From: Candidatus Poribacteria bacterium
GTDB taxonomy: Bacteria > Poribacteria > WGA-4E > GCA-2687025
Length of the DNA stretch: 64,000 nucleotides
Assembly: GCA_963665845.2 (NCBI GenBank)
Contig: OY762492.1
Coordinates: 2,560,001-2,624,000 of the forward strand
Direction of reading: 5' to 3'
Of the stretch, positions 28,800 through 37,531 are shown piece after piece; within the stretch, counting starts at the first letter, position 1, and every line of letters starts with the position of its first letter. The translations under genes were made by a program, and so were the position numbers. The notes under the pieces were generated by a model that was given only the letters and a program-made list of their open reading frames with translations, searched no databases and was not told the origin of the DNA.

Positions 28800-29816
28800 A
28801 TGAACGCCCTAGAGATACAGTTTGCGGAGCCGTATCAAGCGGAGCTGCGCGAGATAACGCTCCCTGCGCCGGCGCCGACCGAGGTACTCATCCGCGCCTT
28901 ATACAGCGGCGTCAGCTCCGGCACCGAGCTTGCCGTCTATACCGGCATTCATCAGTGGCTCAAAGACCCCGATTATCCGGAGTGGCGCTTTCCGTTCCGC
29001 GCGGGATACAGCGCATACGGCGTCGTTGAGGCGGTCGGCGCGGAGGTGTCGCGCGCGTCGCCGGGCGATTTGGCCGCCTATGCGGGCAGGCATGCTTCTT
29101 TCGGCGTCTATCCGGAGGAGGCGGTCTGGCGCGATCCATACGGCGCGCCCCCGGCGGCTGCCGCCCTCGGATGCGTCGCGCGGTATGGATGGGGGGCTGC
29201 CGCCCGCGTCGGCGCCGTCATGGGAAAAAGCGTCTTTGTGATGGGACTCGGCGCGGTGGGGCAATTCGCGGCGCGTTCGTTCGCCGCGGCGGGAGCCTAT
29301 CCGGTCGTCGGATTGGACCCGTTTGAAAACAGGCGCAAGGCGGCTCTCCAGGGCGGCGCGTCCGCCGCCCTGGACCCGACCGCGGACGAGTTTGAGGCGC
29401 AGGCGTCCGCGCTGCTGGGCGAGGCGCGCGCCGATCTGGTCGCGGACGCGACCGGCTCACCCCAACTGACGATGAAAGCCGCCGCGCTCACCAAAGACGG
29501 CGGAACATGCGTCGTCGTCGGCTCGCCGCGCGGACTTGCGGACGGCGTCAACTTCTACCCCGACCTGCACCGCCGATGGATCGAAATGGTCGGCGCGCAC
29601 GGCGACTTTCTATGGTCGCCGACCGCCGCCGCCCTCGGATGGAACGTCGACAAGGCGATGGACTGGATACTGGCGCACATGGCGAACGGACGGCTCAACG
29701 CGGACGGGCTGCCGTCCCGCATCGCCGACCCGCGCGTCGCCCAGGATGTGTATGAACAGCTGCTCAACCGAAAGGGAGAAGCGGTCTGCGTTTCCTTCGA
29801 CTGGTCGCGCGTTTGA
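28800..29816 (+). CDS. Zinc-binding alcohol dehydrogenase (MDR family)
   Basis: SGVSSGTE, GYSAYG, GLGAVG, DATG. Confidence 0.88.
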   Translation: MNALEIQFAEPYQAELREITLPAPAPTEVLIRALYSGVSSGTELAVYTGIHQWLKDPDYPEWRFPFRAGYSAYGVVEAVGAEVSRASPGDLAAYAGRHASFGVYPEEAVWRDPYGAPPAAAALGCVARYGWGAAARVGAVMGKSVFVMGLGAVGQFAARSFAAAGAYPVVGLDPFENRRKAALQGGASAALDPTADEFEAQASALLGEARADLVADATGSPQLTMKAAALTKDGGTCVVVGSPRGLADGVNFYPDLHRRWIEMVGAHGDFLWSPTAAALGWNVDKAMDWILAHMANGRLNADGLPSRIADPRVAQDVYEQLLNRKGEAVCVSFDWSRV

Positions 29817-32278
29817 AGCGGCTGTGCGCTGTCGCCGTTTTATGGACGGCGGCGCTTTCCGCCGGCGCGTTCGCGTTGATTCAGAACGGCGCTCCCGCCG
29901 TATCGATCAGCGTCGGACCTGACGCTTCAGCCCCAGAACAGAGCGGCTCCTACGCCTTACACAGCTTCTTTCTCAAAGCGACGGGTCAGGCGGTCATCGC
30001 TGAAACGGCAACTTCAAGCGAAGCGCGGCATGGCATAATCGCTGTCGGAACGCCTGAAACGCATCCGCTCATCGCCCGTCTTGTCGAGGAAGGCAAATTA
30101 ACCTTAAAACAACAAAACGGAGACGGGCTGGGCGAAGGCTATCTGCTCCGCGTTATGAACGAGAACGGGGCGGAATGGATCGCCGCGGCGGGTGAAACTC
30201 CCCGCGGAGCGTTTTACGCCGCCGGCAGGCTTGTTGAACTCGCCCTGGAACGCGCGCTCGGCGTTTCTCCCGTAGACCAAGACTTTCCGGTACTGCGCAT
30301 CGACAACCTAGAGATCGATCTGGACGAGGAGCGTTCCGTTCCGTTTTATCCGATACGCATGACGCTGGAAAACGAAAGCCCCGGCTGGCTTGGCAAGATG
30401 CGGGTCAACATGAGCGGCGCGGAGGGCGTTTGGACAGGCACCGGCATTGACGACGGCATCGGCGCCGCCGCGCAGTACGTGCTGGCGTTTGAGAGTTATC
30501 AGGACAAGCCGCGGGCGAGGCGCGAAACCGATATTTTATCGCTGCGCCGGCGTTTCTGGGAGATGAAGCGGCGCGGCGCGCAGCCGTTTCTTTTTATGTA
30601 TTTAACGGGCGAGCCGACCAAAGCGCTCATACGCGCCCGACCGGACATGCTCGGTCCGAGCGTCCCGTACCCAGCGTCTCGAAACGGCGTCGATTACCGC
30701 CCGTTCTGCTGGTCAAACCCGGATACGCTCGCCTTTTTTGCGGAGCTGTCGCGCGAAATCGCCTTGACCTATCCGAACCTCGCAGGCTTTCATCTGCGCG
30801 CATGGGGGCGCGAAACGCGCGCATGCGAATGCGACGAATGCGGCGGCATCGGCGAACGGGCGCAGGAATTGCTCTGGAACGTTCTGGAAACGGTCATCGC
30901 CGCGGCAAAATCGGCGCGTCCTGATATGCGCTTTCTCGTGTCGGGGTACAACCGCTCCTGGCTCAAAGACCCTGACGGGAAGCGGCTGCGCAGGCTCCCG
31001 CCGGGAACCGTCCTGCTGCAGAAATGGGGCGCCGACGGAGAGCCGACCGCCGACCCCGGCATCGACCCGGCGCTGCTCCAGCGGATCGACGCGGCGGGGC
31101 ATCGGCTCGTTGTCCTGTCGCATGATGTGGAGGAGACGCAGCCGCTCTGGATGCTTGAAGCGGAGCTGTTTGCGCGGGGCGTCCTGCTTTACGCTGAAAA
31201 CCCGACCCTGCGCGGGCTGGGCGGCTTCACGCTTCAAGGGCAAACCGGCGCCCTGCGCCTAGACAAGCGGCTCTCGGCGCGCATGAACTGGCAGCCCTCG
31301 CTCAAAGCGCTGACGCTCATCGACAACATCTTGGCGATACGGTACGGGCGGGAGGCGGGCGCGCATCTGGCGGCGGCTCTGCGCGGAAACGCGCGCGCTT
31401 TGTCCGACTTTTTTTTAGATTACGCCGGCATTTTGACCGCGACGGGCGGCTATCGGCGCGGCTCCAAATGGTTTGCGACCCGCATGTGGGACCTGTTCGG
31501 CGAACCGGCGTTGACCGACATATTGAACCTGCCGGACGCGGAGGCGGCGGAGTATGCGGCGCGCCGCCTCGGCCAACTGCGCGCTTTACAGGACCCGGCG
31601 GCGCAGGCGGCGCGGCGCGCGGCGTTGACAGCGGCGGCAGCAGACGCGCAGCTGGAGGATGCGGTTCGGTTGATGGAGGCATGGGCGTCCTATTTTGCGT
31701 GCAGAGAGGCGCTGGCGCAGGCGGCGCGCGTCGGCTTTCAACCCAAAACAGACGAGCCGCTTCTCATGAAACGCATAGCGGAGGCGGAGCGGCTGCTGGA
31801 GCGGACGCGCGTCCTGCTGGACGCGGTGCAGGTCTACACGCCGCTGATTCACATCAGCGCGGACGGAACGAAGCGGGAACTGCTCTCGCGCATTGAGGCG
31901 GAGCAGTCCTATCTGGCGCGGTTCGACGCCCGAACGTTGATACGGCCGACAGACCCAGGGGAGGAGCCGTTTCTCGGCGCGTTTGAGTTGACCGACGCGC
32001 TGATGGCGCCGAGTCCCGTTCAGTCGGGCGGGGCGGCGTTTCTGTTTCGTCTCAGCGCCGGCGCCGATTCGGTCGTTGCCGATATTTATGCGTCGTCCGG
32101 GCGGCGGGTTGCGCGGCTGGAGGGAGGGCAGTATCCGCCGGGGCGGGTGGAGCTGTTTTGGGACGGACGCGGCGCGGACGGACGCCCCTTGGCAAACGGC
32201 GCCTACTACTTCCGCCTCACCGCGCGGCTGAACGGCGATGTCCGTCAAGCCGTCGGCAAGTTTGCTGTCGCCCGTTGA
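29813..32278 (+). CDS. Secreted protein: GH20/GH67-like N-terminal domain, putative TIM-barrel with CxCxxC, C-terminal FlgD Ig-like domain
   Basis: Signal peptide; EGYLL...IAAAGETPRGAFYA; FCWSNP; CECDEC; IYASSGRRVARL...WDGRGADGRPLANGAYYFRL. Confidence 0.7.
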   Translation: MKRLCAVAVLWTAALSAGAFALIQNGAPAVSISVGPDASAPEQSGSYALHSFFLKATGQAVIAETATSSEARHGIIAVGTPETHPLIARLVEEGKLTLKQQNGDGLGEGYLLRVMNENGAEWIAAAGETPRGAFYAAGRLVELALERALGVSPVDQDFPVLRIDNLEIDLDEERSVPFYPIRMTLENESPGWLGKMRVNMSGAEGVWTGTGIDDGIGAAAQYVLAFESYQDKPRARRETDILSLRRRFWEMKRRGAQPFLFMYLTGEPTKALIRARPDMLGPSVPYPASRNGVDYRPFCWSNPDTLAFFAELSREIALTYPNLAGFHLRAWGRETRACECDECGGIGERAQELLWNVLETVIAAAKSARPDMRFLVSGYNRSWLKDPDGKRLRRLPPGTVLLQKWGADGEPTADPGIDPALLQRIDAAGHRLVVLSHDVEETQPLWMLEAELFARGVLLYAENPTLRGLGGFTLQGQTGALRLDKRLSARMNWQPSLKALTLIDNILAIRYGREAGAHLAAALRGNARALSDFFLDYAGILTATGGYRRGSKWFATRMWDLFGEPALTDILNLPDAEAAEYAARRLGQLRALQDPAAQAARRAALTAAAADAQLEDAVRLMEAWASYFACREALAQAARVGFQPKTDEPLLMKRIAEAERLLERTRVLLDAVQVYTPLIHISADGTKRELLSRIEAEQSYLARFDARTLIRPTDPGEEPFLGAFELTDALMAPSPVQSGGAAFLFRLSAGADSVVADIYASSGRRVARLEGGQYPPGRVELFWDGRGADGRPLANGAYYFRLTARLNGDVRQAVGKFAVAR

Positions 32279-32342
32279 CGCCGTCAATGTACCGACGCAT
32301 CATGCAAATCGAGACGAAACGACGCAGCGCAAGGAGCCTCCG

Positions 32343-33164
32343 ATGATCATCGACGCGCACACCCATTTTTACGACCCGACGCGCCCTGAAGGAGTCCCAT
32401 GGCCGCCGAAAGAGAACGCGCTTCTGTACCGCCCGACGCTGCCGGATCGGTTCAAGCCGCTTGCCGAACCGCTCGGCGTTACAGGAACGGTTGTCGTGGA
32501 GGCAAGCCCATGGGTTGAGGACAATCAATGGATACTAGACCTGGCGGAAGAGGAGCCGATGATCGTCGGCTTTGTCGGTAACCTGGACCTGAAATCGGAG
32601 CAGTTTGAAGCGCGGCTGAACAGGTTTGCGCGGCATCCGCTTTTTCGGGGAGTCCGCGCCCATGCGTCCGCGCTGAACGGAACGGCGGCGGCGCTGCGCC
32701 TGTTAGAAGAGGCGGACCTGTCGCTTGATCTGCATGTGAACGCGGAGTCGCTGCCGAACGCGGTTCGCGCCGCGGCGGCGTTTCCGAACCTGCGCATCGT
32801 GTTGAATCATACCGCGCAGGCGCGGGTTGACGGCGAACCGCCGGACGCTCTCTGGATGGAACGCATGGAAGCGGCGGCGCGGCGGGAGAATCTGTATTGC
32901 AAGGCGTCCGCGCTGGCGGAGACGGCGGCGCGGCAGCCTGCCCCCTCGGAGGCGGAGTACTACCGCCCCGTTCTGGACGCGCTCTGGGGGCTGTTTGGAG
33001 AGCGGCGGCTTATTTACGGCAGCAACTGGCCGGTCTGTGAACGGGCAGCCGATTACAAGACCGTTTTTCAGATTGTGGACAACTATTTTTCTGAAAAGGG
33101 AGAGCGCGCGCGTCAACGCTATTTTGCTGAAAACGCGCGCGCCGCCTACAAATGGATCAACTGA
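32343..33164 (+). CDS. Amidohydrolase-2 family protein (sugar lactonase-like)
   Basis: IIDAHTHF, VLNH, YCKAS, YGSNWPV, ENARAAY. Confidence 0.9.
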   Translation: MIIDAHTHFYDPTRPEGVPWPPKENALLYRPTLPDRFKPLAEPLGVTGTVVVEASPWVEDNQWILDLAEEEPMIVGFVGNLDLKSEQFEARLNRFARHPLFRGVRAHASALNGTAAALRLLEEADLSLDLHVNAESLPNAVRAAAAFPNLRIVLNHTAQARVDGEPPDALWMERMEAAARRENLYCKASALAETAARQPAPSEAEYYRPVLDALWGLFGERRLIYGSNWPVCERAADYKTVFQIVDNYFSEKGERARQRYFAENARAAYKWIN

Positions 33165-33166
33165 CC

Positions 33167-33360
33167 GGCAGTCTCTATAGGCGATGATGTTGTTTTTAGA
33201 GCCTTTTGAAATTCGGAAGCTTTCTGGAAAAACTCTGGATTCCCGCTTACGCGGGAATGCATGTCCCCGCGGAAGCGGGGAACGAATAGCTCAATCACAG
33301 CGGTTGGGGCGCGGTTTCTGGACTCCCCCCTTGAAAAGGGGGGCAGGGGGGGTTTTGAGC
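33167..33360. mobile_element. MITE family A copy lacking the second TIR
   Basis: GGCAGTCTCTATAGGCGATGA followed by the same internal sequence as 63548-63740. Confidence 0.75.
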
Positions 33361-33377
33361 GCGGGTTGCGCTTGGTT

Positions 33378-33473
33378 TTGAACTAGGATGAAAGGATGAT
33401 TAAGATTGCCAAGAGCGCCGCTCACGGGAATTTCTTTGGCAATCTTTTCAATCTTGGCAATCCTAGTTCAGAC
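33378..33473. repeat. Nonamer-based inverted repeat (TGAACTAGGAT...AATCTTGGC-AATCCTAGTTCA)
   Basis: TGAACTAGGAT/ATCCTAGTTCA arms with internal AAGATTGCC/GGCAATCTT nonamers. Confidence 0.7.
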
Positions 33474-33623
33474 AGCAGACGGTTTCGGCGGCGCCTCTAG
33501 ATTCCCGCTTACGCGGGAATGCATGTCCTCGCGTAAGCGGGGGACGGATTGGTTGGCGGCGCCTTTTTCCCATGAATAGAGCGATCGTCGGTTCAAATGT
33601 CCCAACTTTAGGCGTGAGGTCAG
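33474..33623. mobile_element. MITE family B partial copy (one TIR)
   Basis: ATGTCCCAACTTTAGGCGTGAGGTCAG end plus shared internal TTTTCCCATGAATA. Confidence 0.7.
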
Positions 33624-33695
33624 AGAATAAAAGCGTTGCGCATTGGCGCCCATATGCGCTAACATAGACAGAAGCGAAGAAAGAGGAGCGTTCCA

Positions 33696-34115
33696 TTGAA
33701 GCGCGTGTATTGGATACTGGGCTGCGTCTTGGCAATTGGAGCCGTCGCGGGGGCGGCGCGGATTGTTCAACGCGGCGGGCAGGAGAAACGGCAGGCGGCC
33801 GTTGAGCGGATCGCCGACCTTGAGTTTGCGCTGGATCGATACGCCAAAGCGACCGGCGACTACCCCTCCACCGAGCAGGGGCTGGACGCGCTCTGGGAAA
33901 AACCGACCGGGCTGCCGAGGCCTGTCAACTGGGACGGACCCTATATTGACGATCCGAACTTCAACGACCCGTGGGGCAGCCCGTATGTGTATCGGCGTCC
34001 AGGGCGGAACGACCCGTACGCCTTCGATCTGTTCTCGCGCGGCGCCGACGGCATTGAAGGCGGACGCGGAGAAAACGAAGATGTTGTCAACTGGCTCCGC
34101 CCCGAAGACCTGTGA
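33696..34115 (+). CDS. gspG: Type II secretion major pseudopilin GspG-like protein
   Basis: ALDRY...YPSTEQGLDAL..KP, NWDGPY, DPWG.PYVY..PG, DLFSRGADG..GG.GEN.D..NW; lacks the G|FTLIE prepilin motif. Confidence 0.75.
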   Translation: MKRVYWILGCVLAIGAVAGAARIVQRGGQEKRQAAVERIADLEFALDRYAKATGDYPSTEQGLDALWEKPTGLPRPVNWDGPYIDDPNFNDPWGSPYVYRRPGRNDPYAFDLFSRGADGIEGGRGENEDVVNWLRPEDL

Positions 34116-34138
34116 GCGCTTGATGCGGGTTTCATAAT

Positions 34139-36214
34139 ATGGGTTTTTTAAACCCGCTGCTGCTTCTCGGCATACTCGCCGCCGCCGCCCCGGTGCTGAT
34201 CCACTTGTGGAGCCGGCGGCGCGCCCGGACGCTGCAGTTCAGCGCGCTGCGGTTTCTCATGGAGGCGGCGCAGCAGTCCGCCCGGCGGTTTCGTCTTGAA
34301 CAGCTGCTGCTTCTGGCGCTGCGCGTTCTGGCGCTCGCGCTCATTGCGCTGGCGATGGCGCGCCCCGTTTTGAGAGGAGCCGCGCTGTTCGGCAACCCGC
34401 GCGCCCAGACAACCGCAATCATCGTGTTAGACCAGTCCGCAAGCATGGGTTACGAAGGCGTGGACGGCGTTCCGTTTGAAAAAGCGAAAGCGCGCGCGCT
34501 TGAAATCCTGCGCTCGCTTCAACCAGGCGACGCCGCCTCCGTGATACTCATGTCGGATCGGCAAACGACGCTTTTTGAACCCCCGACAACGCAGATCCGC
34601 GAAGCGGAACGCGCCATCGAATCGGCGCCGCTGCGTCTGCGCGGGACAAGCCCCGAATCGGCTCTTGAGCGCGCCGCGGAGCTGGTGGAACGTTCCCAGT
34701 CGCCGAACCGAGAAATCTATATTTTAAGCGACTTCACCGCGAACGGATGGCGCAATGCGCGCGTCCCCATCGAGTCGGCGCGCGTTTTCATGATGCCGTT
34801 CCGCGCCGTCTCCGCCGGACCTGTTGAGAACGCATACATCGCCTCGATACAGCCCGACAATCCGATTGTGGCGGCGGGTACGCCCGCCGTGTTTCGAGTG
34901 GAGCTGCGCAACACCGGCGGCGCGGCCGCCCAGAGGCGCCTTGAGTTCCGCGCGGGCGGAAAACTGAAAAGCGGCGCCGCCGTCACGATCCCGCCGGAAT
35001 CAAGCGTCGTCAAAGAGTTTCAGCATGCGTTTGAAGCGGCGGGCAGATACGAAGTGCGCGCTACCCTTGACCAAGACAGGCTTGCCGCGGACGATGAGCG
35101 CGCCGTTGTCGTTGAAGCGCTGGGGCAGATCGACGCCTATATCGTCGGCGACAACGCGCTGCATCTCGCGCTGGCGCTGAACCCGTCGCTGGATCCGCAG
35201 CCCGAAAGCGTGTACGCCGTCCGCCCTGTTCTGATCTCCAGCGAAGAGGCGCCCAGCCGCCCGTTTGACGCGGCGGATCTGCTCATTTTACAAGACCCGC
35301 CCCTGAACGACGAGCGGCTCAACAGCCGGCTGCGCAACCGCCTGTTGAGCGGGCAGCCGGTACTGGTTTTTCTCGGAGAGCAAGCCGATTCGACGGCGGC
35401 GCCGGACTGGCTGCCCGTTTCGGTCGGCGCTGTTCAGCAGTCGCAGGAGCCGTTGAAGCTGCGCCCTGCGCATCTATCGAACCCGTCCGCTGTCGATTCG
35501 TTACATCTGTTCGGCATTTTTGAGGGGGATCCATGGATGCGGCGGGGGGCGCCTTCGTTTTACCGCTATCGGCAGTTGACCCTCAAGCCGACAGCGCAGA
35601 TATTGTGCCGCTTCAGCGATGGAGAAACCGCTGTCGCTGTCGGGCGTTCCTTAGGGGGAGTGTGCGTCGCGGTGAACGCGCCAGGTTATGGGCAGGAAAG
35701 CTCTAACTTTCCGCTGAACCCGTCGTTTCCGCCGCTTGTTCAACAGCTGGCGTTTTACGCGCTGACGCCGCAGAACCCCCCCGCGCGGGCAGTTGAAGCG
35801 GGAAACGCCTACCGCCTTCCGTTGAAGCCGTCCGACCCGGCGGCGTTTGAAATCGAAGCGCCGGACGGCGAAAAGCGCTCCGTCGGACGAACGCCGGACG
35901 GAGCGGAAATGAATTACAGATGGACAGACGAAGCGGGGCTGTACCGCGTCGCCGGCAACGGCGGGTTCGCCGAGATGTTTGTCGTGAACGCGCCGGTTGA
36001 CGAGTCGAACCTGGCGCCGCTTCCGCGCGGTCAGGCGTTGAACGCCGTCCAAGGCAGCGCCGCATGGGTCGACTCGGACGAGCGGCAAGAGACGGCGGGC
36101 TGGGACCTTCAACAGGAGCGGCTGGGACGAGAGCTGTGGGCGGAGGCGCTGCTTTTGGCGGCGCTGCTTTTGGCGGTGGAGTCGTTTCTTTCGAACCGAC
36201 CTTTAAAAGAGTAA
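34139..36214 (+). CDS. BatA (aerotolerance N-terminal) and vWA domain membrane protein
   Basis: FLNPLLLLG...PVLIHL, LLLALR..ARP, DQSASM MIDAS, ILSD, N...ESNL, C-terminal TM RELW. Confidence 0.88.
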   Translation: MGFLNPLLLLGILAAAAPVLIHLWSRRRARTLQFSALRFLMEAAQQSARRFRLEQLLLLALRVLALALIALAMARPVLRGAALFGNPRAQTTAIIVLDQSASMGYEGVDGVPFEKAKARALEILRSLQPGDAASVILMSDRQTTLFEPPTTQIREAERAIESAPLRLRGTSPESALERAAELVERSQSPNREIYILSDFTANGWRNARVPIESARVFMMPFRAVSAGPVENAYIASIQPDNPIVAAGTPAVFRVELRNTGGAAAQRRLEFRAGGKLKSGAAVTIPPESSVVKEFQHAFEAAGRYEVRATLDQDRLAADDERAVVVEALGQIDAYIVGDNALHLALALNPSLDPQPESVYAVRPVLISSEEAPSRPFDAADLLILQDPPLNDERLNSRLRNRLLSGQPVLVFLGEQADSTAAPDWLPVSVGAVQQSQEPLKLRPAHLSNPSAVDSLHLFGIFEGDPWMRRGAPSFYRYRQLTLKPTAQILCRFSDGETAVAVGRSLGGVCVAVNAPGYGQESSNFPLNPSFPPLVQQLAFYALTPQNPPARAVEAGNAYRLPLKPSDPAAFEIEAPDGEKRSVGRTPDGAEMNYRWTDEAGLYRVAGNGGFAEMFVVNAPVDESNLAPLPRGQALNAVQGSAAWVDSDERQETAGWDLQQERLGRELWAEALLLAALLLAVESFLSNRPLKE

Positions 36215-36229
36215 TCAGCGCCCCCTCCT

Positions 36230-36419
36230 CGTCCCCGCTGACGCGAGGGCATGCATTCCCGCGCCCCCTCATCGTCCCCCGCTTCCCCGTTTTCACGAGG
36301 ACATGCCCGCGAGGACATGCATTCCCGCCCCTGCGGTAAAACGCGCGGGAATCTAGAGGCGGCGCAGAAACCGTCTGTCTTTGTCCGTCGATATGTCCCA
36401 ACTAAAGATACAAGGTCAG
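36230..36419. mobile_element. MITE family B partial copy and repeat cluster
   Basis: GCATGCATTCCC units; ATGTCCCAACTAAAGATACAAGGTCAG end. Confidence 0.7.
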
Positions 36420-36505
36420 AGTCAACCCGCTTGCAAGCGGCGCGCATTTTAGTAAAATAAAGTTGACGCCCGTTTATCTTACAACCTTAATGTAAAGGAG
36501 CGGTC

Positions 36506-37432
36506 ATGAAACACCGCAGGTTCCTCATTGGCAAAATCGCATGCGTTCTGTTGACGGTCGGCTGGTTGTTGCCGCTCAACGGATGCAACAAGTGGGCGGA
36601 CGATACTGAAAATGAAATTGAGCGGCGCGATTCGACGGCGCGGTCCATCAACGGGCTGAGACCAGAAGATCAAACGCCCCGCTACCGCCCTGCGCCGGAC
36701 CCTTCAGAATCGTTGTCTGAAGGCGGCGGCGCGTCCGCTTCACAGCAGAAAGAGAGCGCCGACTTCCAACCCACCTACGATTTCAAGACATGGGAAGACG
36801 CACTGGTAGCATACGCGCATCTGGTCGGCATCGAATACGACCATGTCATGAAGGAAGAGTTGCAAGATCTGCAAACGGGGTGGAAGCGACCGCCAACGCA
36901 GAAAACCATTCGCGCTTTTGCTGCAGGCAGAGCCGCGACAAGGGTATTTAAACGGTTTTACATGGAAAATAAGTACCCTGAGTTAAGGGCGGCGATCATG
37001 CCGTTTCACAAGGATGTCCCGAAAGCAGAATGGGATTCGGTAAAAATGTTGGCGCGCATCGGCAAGCTGCCCGCCTCCGATCTGCGCAACGAGATCAAGC
37101 TTCCGAACGGCAAGATGTACGATCTGAAGGAGAATACGGAGCTGGTCGTGAAGTTTCAAAAGCGGGGGAAGCTCACCGAATCGGGCAAGAAGGAGCTGGC
37201 GGCGTTTCGAGAGCGGGAGAAGGAGCTGCTGCGCCAGCTGGACGGTTCCCCGTCCGAAAGCGAGAGGGCGTCCCTGACCGAGGAGCTGGAATGGGCGCGC
37301 TCGGAGATTGAAACCCTAAGCGGCAAAGGTCCGCTGTTCGATTTCGTTTGGCGGTACGGGTTGGGCAATCCGAGCGATCCTGGCTATAAGGTGGTCGAGA
37401 TGGACCTGGGCGTCATTGAGCGGCGCGATTGA
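36506..37432 (+). CDS. Lipoprotein paralogous to the extracytoplasmic domain of the ECF sigma factor at 16950-18440
   Basis: AAAGGAG SD; lipobox-like LNGC; shares LRPEDQTPR, LPNG and DP..KV.E.DLG.I with the ECF extension. Confidence 0.8.
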   Translation: MKHRRFLIGKIACVLLTVGWLLPLNGCNKWADDTENEIERRDSTARSINGLRPEDQTPRYRPAPDPSESLSEGGGASASQQKESADFQPTYDFKTWEDALVAYAHLVGIEYDHVMKEELQDLQTGWKRPPTQKTIRAFAAGRAATRVFKRFYMENKYPELRAAIMPFHKDVPKAEWDSVKMLARIGKLPASDLRNEIKLPNGKMYDLKENTELVVKFQKRGKLTESGKKELAAFREREKELLRQLDGSPSESERASLTEELEWARSEIETLSGKGPLFDFVWRYGLGNPSDPGYKVVEMDLGVIERRD

Positions 37433-37531
37433 GGCTCCGCCTGTCGGCAGTTTCAAGGGGGAATCGGATGCGGCGCCCGTTCTTTTAAACGCCCTAGCCC
37501 TCTTTTCAAGGAGGGATTAGAAAAAGAGCAG

